DNA from: Piromyces finnis finn
Lineage: Eukaryota; Fungi; Neocallimastigomycota
Direction: 5' to 3'
Assembly: GCA_002104945.1 (NCBI GenBank)
Contig: MCFH01000076.1
Span: 153,710 to 217,709 of the forward strand
DNA: 64,000 nucleotides
Positions 52,807-64,000 of this stretch are shown piece after piece; positions within the stretch are counted from its first letter, which is position 1; every line of letters begins with the position of its first letter. The notes under the pieces are model-generated. The model had not been told where the DNA came from and searched no databases. It worked only from the letters and a program-made list of their open reading frames with translations. The position numbers and the translations under genes are program-made.

Positions 52807-53311
52807 TATTAACTTTTTTTATTAATAATAATATATATTATTATTAAAAAGGAAAAAAAAAAAGAGTTCACATATTTTAAAAGCTTTTTAAAGGAAAAAA
52901 ATAGTTAAATTTAAGTTTTAAAATTTTTAAGTTTATTATCAATTACTTAGTTTTTATTTTAAATTTTTTAATAATATAAAAATACAAAATATTAATAATT
53001 AAAGTTCTCCAATATAAAATTAATTTTCTAGGAGTCACGTATACGTAAAATGTACATTGCGTATTAATTGTTAATAACAAGAATATCAAATTTTAATTGA
53101 AATATTAATTTTTTAAATATATAAAAAATTTTTTATATTAAAAGAAGAAATAGGAAAAAGATATTTTGATTTTAAAATCCAATTCTTCCAAAATAAATTA
53201 GTAATATTTAATTTACTATTTAATATATTTTTTTATTTATTTATTATTTTTTTTTGAAGAAGCAATACTTAAAAGAGTTAGCATTCATAATTATCTAATT
53301 ATTAAATAAAA

Positions 53312-53814
53312 ATGTCCTATTATAGACCAAAAGCTACAGATACATCTGCTCAACAAGCTGAATATTACAATCAGTATTATGCTCCACAATATTCTGCTGT
53401 ATCAACGGTAGATGCAAGTAATCCATATGCTTATGCTTCTTATGCTTATCCAACATATAATGCAACAGCACAAACTGCTCAAGCTTCATATTATGCTCAA
53501 GCTACTTCAACCGTTCGTCCATCAATTGCACGACCAGTAGTAGCTACACCAGCAGTAATTTCATCTGATTCTACAGTAAAACCTAGACCTGCTGTTGTTT
53601 CTTCGGCATCAGTTGCATATCCTGTAAGACCAACAACTTCATATACTCCAACAGTAGCACCTAAAACAAGTACAGATTCAACTACTGTAAGACCAATTTC
53701 AAAAGCTGGACCATTAGACCCAAAGAAAAAATTAAGAAAAAAGTCTGTTTTAAGATCAGCAGGTGGTCAAACTTGGGAAGATGATTCATTATTGACATGG
53801 GATCCAAGTATGTT

Positions 53815-53846
<32 letters not shown>

Positions 53847-54164
53847 TGAGAAACATATATTTTTAAATAATTATGTAAATCAATATTAATAATAATATAT
53901 TAAATAATGTATATAGATGATTTTAGAATCTTTTGTGGTGATTTAGGTAATGAAGTTACCGATGATTTATTAGGGAAAGCCTTTTCAAAATATAAATCTT
54001 TTCTTAAAGCACATGTAGTACGTGATAAACGTTCTCAAAAAACTAAAGGATATGGTTTTGTTAGTTTTAAAGATCCAAATGATTTTGTAAAAGCAATGAA
54101 AGAAATGAATGGTAAAAATTACTAGAACAAAATTTTCATATATTTATTTAAATTAATAATTAAT

Positions 54165-54195
<31 letters not shown>

Positions 54196-54318
54196 ATTTA
54201 TTATTTCAAAAACTTTGTATAATCATTAGGAAAATATATTGGTAATAGACCTGTTAAACTTCGTAAATCAACATGGAAAGATCGTAATATAGACTCAAAG
54301 AAAAGAAAACCATATTAA
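53312..54318 (+). CDS. RBM42: RBM42-like single-RRM spliceosomal protein, 3 exons
   Basis: Exons 53312-53807, 53917-54111 and 54230-54318. RSAGGQTWEDDSLLTWDPNDFRIFCGDLGNEVTDD..KTKGYGFVSF..EMNGKYIGNRPVKLRKSTWKDR is the RBM42 signature. Confidence 0.9.
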
Positions 54319-54656
54319 ATATAATTTAAAATTATTAATCAACAACAAAAATGTTAATAACTTATATATATACCTACATTTTTATTTAATAATACATTAT
54401 ATCTTTCTATTAAAAAATATTTTATGAAATTAAATTACTATTTAACATATAAATAAAGAAAAAATTTTTCAAAAATATATAAATTTTTTTAATATGAATT
54501 AATATTGATTTTTTTTTTTTTTTTTTTAAATTTATTGTGTTTATTTCTTTTATTAATATATGTTTTTTTAATTAAATAATGAATAAATGAAAGAAAAGGA
54601 AACGAAATAATTATATATTCTTAATTATTAAATAAATTATAAATTAAAAAATATAA

Positions 54657-54690
<34 letters not shown>

Positions 54691-54721
54691 TTAATAATAT
54701 AATAAAATTTAAATGGTTATT

Positions 54722-56701
54722 TTAATATCCATAGTCTTCATCAAAATAACTATCATCTTCTTCCATATCATATTGATCATCATTGCGATCATCTTCTTCT
54801 TCATAATAATATCTTTCTCTGCTTCTTTGGCGAGGGTAATAACTTGATCTATTAGTTTTAAATCTAGATTGATATGGATCACGGTTATGTGCTGATTTAA
54901 CAAATTTATAATTCTTTTTTATTGGTTGTGATCGTGGTTGTATATTTTGTGGAGCATTTCTAAATTTAGGGTTAGATTGAGTGAAATAATGAATATCATG
55001 ATCATTTTGGTACACAGGTGGATAAACGGGATACTATAATATTATTATATTAACATATAATAGAATGAAAAAAAGATGGGAGATAATTAATACATGTATT
55101 TAATTATAGGTATAATGGTTAATTTATACTGAACTTACTGAATAGACTTGTGGATATGTTACTGGTATAGGGTATGATGGATTACCTGGGTATATTGCTG
55201 CTGCTGGTGCTATTGGATACATTATATCTCCATTACTAATAAATCCTGAATCTACTGTTTGAGGTGGGCACATTCCAACTTGCATACATTCTTGATTCGT
55301 TTGATTACTTTTTATTTGACTTTTTTTACTTTTTTTATTTATATTTGTTGGATCTCCTCCCATTTTCCATATGATGAAAAAACATATTACACTAACAAGA
55401 GCTACAACAACCTTATATATAATATTTATTTATTTTAGTATTCATTTTATAATATAAATTCTAATATTTTATATTAGTATTTAGTTATATTTAAGTCTTA
55501 CTGTTGTTTTCATTGATAATGGTTCAATAAATTTATCTAGTATCTCTGAAATAACTTCAGCTGCTATCATTATACTAAAATGCGTATTTGAAAAATTAAT
55601 TTATAATGCTATTTTATTTTCAATTAGTATGATATTTAATATTTAATAATTACATTCTAATTTCATCTGGATTCTGATTCATACAAGCTTCCCATTCTCT
55701 GCATGTATTTTCTAAAAATGGTATTCTTTCATCAGAATAACATTTATTTGTTTTATAATTATCATAACATTTTGAAATGTCTTTCATATTATCTATTCAT
55801 TAATAGTAGAATAATCAGTATATTATCAAAAGTTTTAAATAATTTATAATTACACAAAACATAATAACTTACTCATTACATATTCATTATATTTAATATT
55901 CATATCAGTCCTAACTGTTTTAATAAAATTAAATATAATCCAAAGTGCTACACTAAGAAGTAGTACGTTGAATAAAAATTTTGAATAACTAGAATAAAAA
56001 AAAAAATAAAATAAAAAGATATTAATAATTACTAATATTACTTTGGAATGTGATAGTCATTTTTATCCTTTTTTATTTAATAATTTATAATACCATACCT
56101 TGATAGTAATTGTGGAAAACTTGAATCTTTTAAAACAGTTGTTTTTGAATTCTTAGTATTTTGCTCTTCAAAAGAATAAGGATTATTATATATTATTGGC
56201 TATTTTTTTAAAAGAAAATTAATTTAATATATTATAATGATAAATTATCTTTTTAATATGAATACTTTAATATATATTATTTACCCTTAATATTTTATTA
56301 GGATGTTGGTATTCAATACTCATTTGATTATCAATTTCACTTTCATCTTCATCATAGTCACTTTCTGATTCAAAATCATCAACATATTTAGTTGTTTGTT
56401 CTTTTGTTTCGCCTCCATATTTATTTCTTTTGGTGTTTTTTTGAGAGTATTTTACTAATTTTGTTTGAGAATGTTTATTACTTTCTTCATCCTCTTTTTT
56501 ATAATCTTTATTTCTTTTTTTTAATTTAAATAAACCTTTTTTACTTGAAATTTTAGAATTTCTCATTTCATTTTCGCCAATTCTTGTTGGTTTCTTTTTA
56601 GCTTGTATTGCCCATATCGGAGATTCTTCTCTATCAACTTCCATTGGTGCTATTCTACTGCGATAGTAATTATCGCGTTGATAAGGATATCTTACAAACA
56701 T
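54722..56701 (-). CDS. Brr6/Brl1-family nuclear envelope protein, multi-exon
   Basis: Small exons absent from the ORF track read YSKFLFNVLLLSVALWIIFNFIKTVRTDMNIKY, CYDNYKTNKCYSDERIPFLENTCREWEACMNQNP (4-Cys lumenal motif) and AAEVISEILDKFIEPLSMKT followed by a second TM. Stop at 54724-54722. Confidence 0.85.
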
Positions 56702-58363
56702 TTGAATTTAATAATGTTGATTTAAAATAAATATTTTTCAAAAATTTGGTATATTAATGGATGAAGGAAATATCTTTGCTATTTTATTGTTATTATTATT
56801 TAATAAATAAGTGTGTGAATGATTATTAATATTATTATAGAATTTAATAAAATGGAGATTAAATTGAATTATTAAAATGCGATGTTATTTATGATAATTA
56901 ACAAATATATACAATAGAATTTGATGATAAACTCAAACTTCTTTTTTTACTTATTTTGATATTTTTAAACATTGAAATATTATAAAAAAAATAATTATAT
57001 ATAATAATAAATTAAAATTCTAATAATGAAAAAGTAATAATTCTAATAATGATAATGAAATTAATAATAATAATAATAACACTTGTAAATTGTAAATATA
57101 AATTTATTATAAGTAATAAATAAAAATAATTTATTTTTCCTTTGTTTTAATAAAAAAAAAAAAAAAACAAAGTATTTACAAATTCTTTATTTCAATATTA
57201 ATAATTTTAAAACATTTAAATATTAAAATAAATGATTTCAACTACACTATAGTTGAAAAAAATTTTTTTTTTTAAAAAAAAAAAAATAAAAAAACTTTAA
57301 AAATCATTAAATAATCAATAAAATCACATGACATTCTAATTTCAAATTTCACTATAAAATTTATAAAAAATTTTAAGATTTCTACAAAGTTATTATTAAA
57401 GTAAATAATATTATATTTTTTAATATCTATATTTAATAATAAATATATATGTATTTATTAATAATATTATTAAATAATAAAGAATAGTTTTATTATAAAA
57501 ATAAAGAGTTTGCGCGTGTGAATTTTTTCATATAATATTAACACAATATTTCAATTATATTTTATTTCTTTTTTTTTTTTTATATAACAATAACATCAAG
57601 TATAAATTCTTTTTTTTTAATTTTTAATTTCAAACTTAATTTTAACTTTTATATACTATTTCAAATTAAAATTTCGACCAATCATCGATATTGAAATTAA
57701 TTTTGAGTAGGAAGGGGTATAAATAGACAAGAAACTATATAAATAATTCTTTGTTTTCAAAATTAAAATTCTTTGTCAAAAAAAAAAATTCTATTAAAGT
57801 AATTATAAAATGAAATGTGTTATATGTTTTTGATAATTATTAAAATATTATTATTGATGTAGTATATAACTATGTAAATAATGTTTATAATCTGATAATA
57901 ATATAATATATAAAGTTAATAAAAAAAATAGTATTATATAAAAATGTTACGAAGAATATATATGTCACTATAATTAATATTTTTCTAAAAATATATATTG
58001 AATATTTCTATTATAATATTTAGTAATTCTTTATAATAAAATGAAAATTATAATGATAAATTTCTTAGTTATATAATATATTCAATAATAATCCATAAAA
58101 ATATAATTATAATTATATAATTGTAAAAATATATATTAATATATAAATGGTGTAAATAACTAATTATTAAAATGTTTATATATTAATTGATAAAAAAGGA
58201 AAACATATTTATATATCTGTTAACTTTGACCAAAGAATACATAATAAAATAAATACAATTCATATCTTATTCATACATATATCATTTATTTATCTAAATA
58301 TTCATATCATCATTTATCCTTTAATTAAAAAAAACTTTTAAAGAAAATATAAATTAAATCAAA

Positions 58364-58896
58364 ATGACCCAATACGAACTTTATCGCCGTAGTTCCGTTG
58401 GTATGGCCCTTACTGATACTTTAGATGAAATGATTCAAGGAAGTTTAATTGATCCACAATTAGCCATGAAGATATTACATCAAGTAAATAATTTTTTTTT
58501 TTACAAAAAAAAATTTATAATTATTAATAATGAAAGATTCTAATTTTATTTTATTCTTAAAATAAAATAATAATCAGTTTGATTTAAGTATGGCAGAAGC
58601 TTTGCAAAAAAATGTTAGATGTAAAGCAGGTTTTAAGGTAAATAAGCATGATTATTATACTAATATTTAAATATTGTATCTAAATATTTAATAAAATAAA
58701 TAATTAAATTGATTTATTTATTTTATAAATATATAATTAATAGGGTCATCTTGATACTTATAGATTTTGTGATGATGTTTGGACTTTTGTAGTTATTAAT
58801 CCAAACTTCAGATTTGAAAATGAATCAATGGTAGCAAATAAGATTAAAGTTGTAGCTTGTGCTGGAAAACGAGCTAATGAAACTGAAAAAGAATAA
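58364..58896 (+). CDS. TOA2: TFIIA small (gamma) subunit, 3 exons (not in the ORF track)
   Basis: Exons 58364-58483, 58578-58637 and 58744-58896. [21 protein letters not shown]...[11 protein letters not shown]...[15 protein letters not shown]...KIKVVAC. Confidence 0.95.
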
Positions 58897-60487
58897 GATT
58901 GATGGAAATATTTTTGATATTCAATTAAAATTTAATGAAAGTAAAAAAAATATAATATTCTAAATGTTACCACGATTTTTAATTTTTGAAAAAAAATAAT
59001 ATTTTATTTTGTAAAATAGCTTTAATATTTAATTATAAAATTATCTTTTGGTTAAATATAATATTTAATATTAGTTATTATTTCATAAATATAAGAATTA
59101 TTTTTGAAATAGTAAATTGTAATTAGATAATAAAATATATATAAATATATTTTAAAAAATAATTTATATAATTAATAATATTTATTTTGAAATTTATCAA
59201 TAGATATCTATATCACTTTTCTTTCTGTTTTTCTTTTTTTTTTTTTTTTTTTTCTTCTTCATAGCCTATTTATAAAGATATTGAAAAAAGTATATATAAA
59301 TTATTAATAAAAGATAAAGTTTAAAACAAATAATTTGTCAAGGTGTTGTTTATAAATAGTTGGTATAAATTATTAAAGTTTTGAATTTAACTATATATAA
59401 CAGTAATAGAAAGTAATCATTTAAAAGATAAATTACTATTATAAAAAAAAAAAAAAGATAATGGAAATAGAAATATTATTTATTTAGTATTTATCCTTTA
59501 TTACTATTATTATTATTTGATTATTTTCTATATATTTTTTGTTTTGTTTTTTTTTTATTTTTATTTGAATAACTTAATATATAAAGTTATTTATAATTTA
59601 AAAAAAAAAAAAAAAAAAATCAAGTAATAAATCAAATTAAATGAATAAGAACTAAAAGGCAGGTTACTATATATTTTTAATAATAAAAATTAAAAGTATT
59701 ATAAAGATAATTTGATTATTACTTTCTTTTTTTTTTATTTTTTATTTTTTTATTTTTTGTTTGTTTTTTTGTTTGTTTGTTTTTTGTTTTGATTTGTTTT
59801 ATTTTATTTTTTTTTTTTTTATTTTTTGTTTTTAGTTTTTTCATCTTTTTTTATTTATTTTTTAATTGACTTTAAAAAAAAAATATTATTTATTATAATT
59901 AGATTTTTTATTTTTTTAGGTAAACTTTTAGGTATTCTAAAATATATTAGACCTAGTATTAATTAATACTAATATAAAAAATAATATACTTTTTATTATA
60001 ATTATTATTATTTTATTTTTTTAAAAAAAAAAATAGTTTTGATTCGACTACTCTATTAGGAGATGAATCTAATAATTACATTACTATATGAAAGAAAAAG
60101 AAAAAAGAAAAAGAAAAAAAAAAAAGGGAGAGAAATAAAAAAAAAACTTTTAACTTTTTTTATCAATAAACAATTTCTTTTCCTTTTTACTTTTTTTTTT
60201 TTTTATTTATTAAAAATACTTTTAAATAGTTTTGTTTTATTCTTGTTTTTCGTTTTTTGTTTTTCACTTTTTGTTTTAATCTTATTTTTATTTTACTTTT
60301 TTTTTTTTTATTAATTAATAATTTATTTAGTTTCATTTAAACTTTTTTTATTATTATTAAATTATTTACTTTGTTATATCCACCTTCCCTAACTTTTTTT
60401 TTTTTATTATATAAATTGATGATAATAGATCAGTTATTATTAATTTTTTATTTTGATTTTTAATGTCATAAATTATCATCAATGAAT

Positions 60488-63117
<2,630 letters not shown>

Positions 63118-63624
63118 TTTTCTAAAAATTAATATATATTAAAGCAACTTAGCTTTTAAAACTTTTAAAACTAATAATATAAATCTAAATATCAAATGGA
63201 ATGAATATGTTTGTTTATTAAATAAATACCCTTATTTATGATGATATTATTAGGATAAGAAAATAAAAAAGTGTTATACTATAAATTTTTCAAATTGATA
63301 ATTTATATTTGGGATTATAAGGATAGTTAAATTTTGTTTTTATTATTTTATGCTTATTGAAATATATCTATGATTATGTTTTATGCTTGAATATAATAAA
63401 ATCCAATATCAAGAATAAAGAAATGAAATATTTATCGTAAATGGTTTATATGTTATATTATTCAAAAAAAATTGAAAAATATTGTTACTATTGTTGTTGA
63501 TATCAAGTTCTTTCGTAATTGTAGTATTATATTAACTTTATATTATTTTATTTACAAATAAATAACAAAAGAATAAAAAATTATATATGTGCTGTATTTA
63601 TTGTTATATTTATTATTGTCATTA

Positions 63625-63655
<31 letters not shown>

Positions 63656-64000
63656 GTTTTAACACTAAAAATTTCTAAATACTCAAAATCGAAATCTTTT
63701 GTTAAATATATTTCTTTATTTTTTTCAAATTATTAAGAAAATGATGATATATTGAATGTGAAATATTGTTTTTTCTTTCTCCTTATTATTTATATTTTAA
63801 TTATAATTATTTTATTTTATATGGTAATATTTTATTTTATTGTTGTATTTTATATATATATATATATATTGATATATTGCTAATAATATATTGAACATGA
63901 ACAGGTTTTATCTATTCAATGTTAAGTTATATAATTTGATTTAACAGGGAAAATAAAATAATGTATAATTATTGCTGCAAAAAAAAAAAAAAAAAAAAAA

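Noticed and set aside
60063-60314. Lys- then Phe-rich 83-aa ORF (similarly 17403-17618 and 27804-28034)
   Set aside because: Homopolymer-derived translations with no coding-like composition.

Overview
Extremely AT-rich eukaryotic DNA with short GT-AG introns. The gene content (CotH, CBM18 proteins, a class C GPCR fused to a solute-binding domain) points to an anaerobic gut fungus (Neocallimastigomycota); the taxon is inferred, not proven. The left part (about 2.9-26.2 kb) is an intron-poor block of surface or secreted proteins: two tandem YhgE/Pip-like membrane proteins, two tandem Cys-rich/Thr-Lys linker/CBM18 proteins, a protein with about 40 KTLPTTT repeats and a 6-Cys C-terminal module, an SBP-GPCR and a dockerin-less CotH kinase. 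The right part (about 28-63 kb) holds spliced housekeeping genes: UBR1, NAR1, an SH3-WW-WW-PH-RhoGAP head-to-head with CDC42, GMP reductase, an RBM42-like protein, a BRR6/BRL1 protein, TFIIA gamma and a RING protein, plus a decayed LINE fragment. Exon boundaries were assembled by hand from the sequence. I found no tRNA, rRNA or CRISPR array. The lead hypothesis is that the secreted CotH and the neighbouring Lys/Thr/Ser-repeat secreted proteins form an extracellular kinase-substrate coat module, analogous to Bacillus cotB-cotH-cotG.
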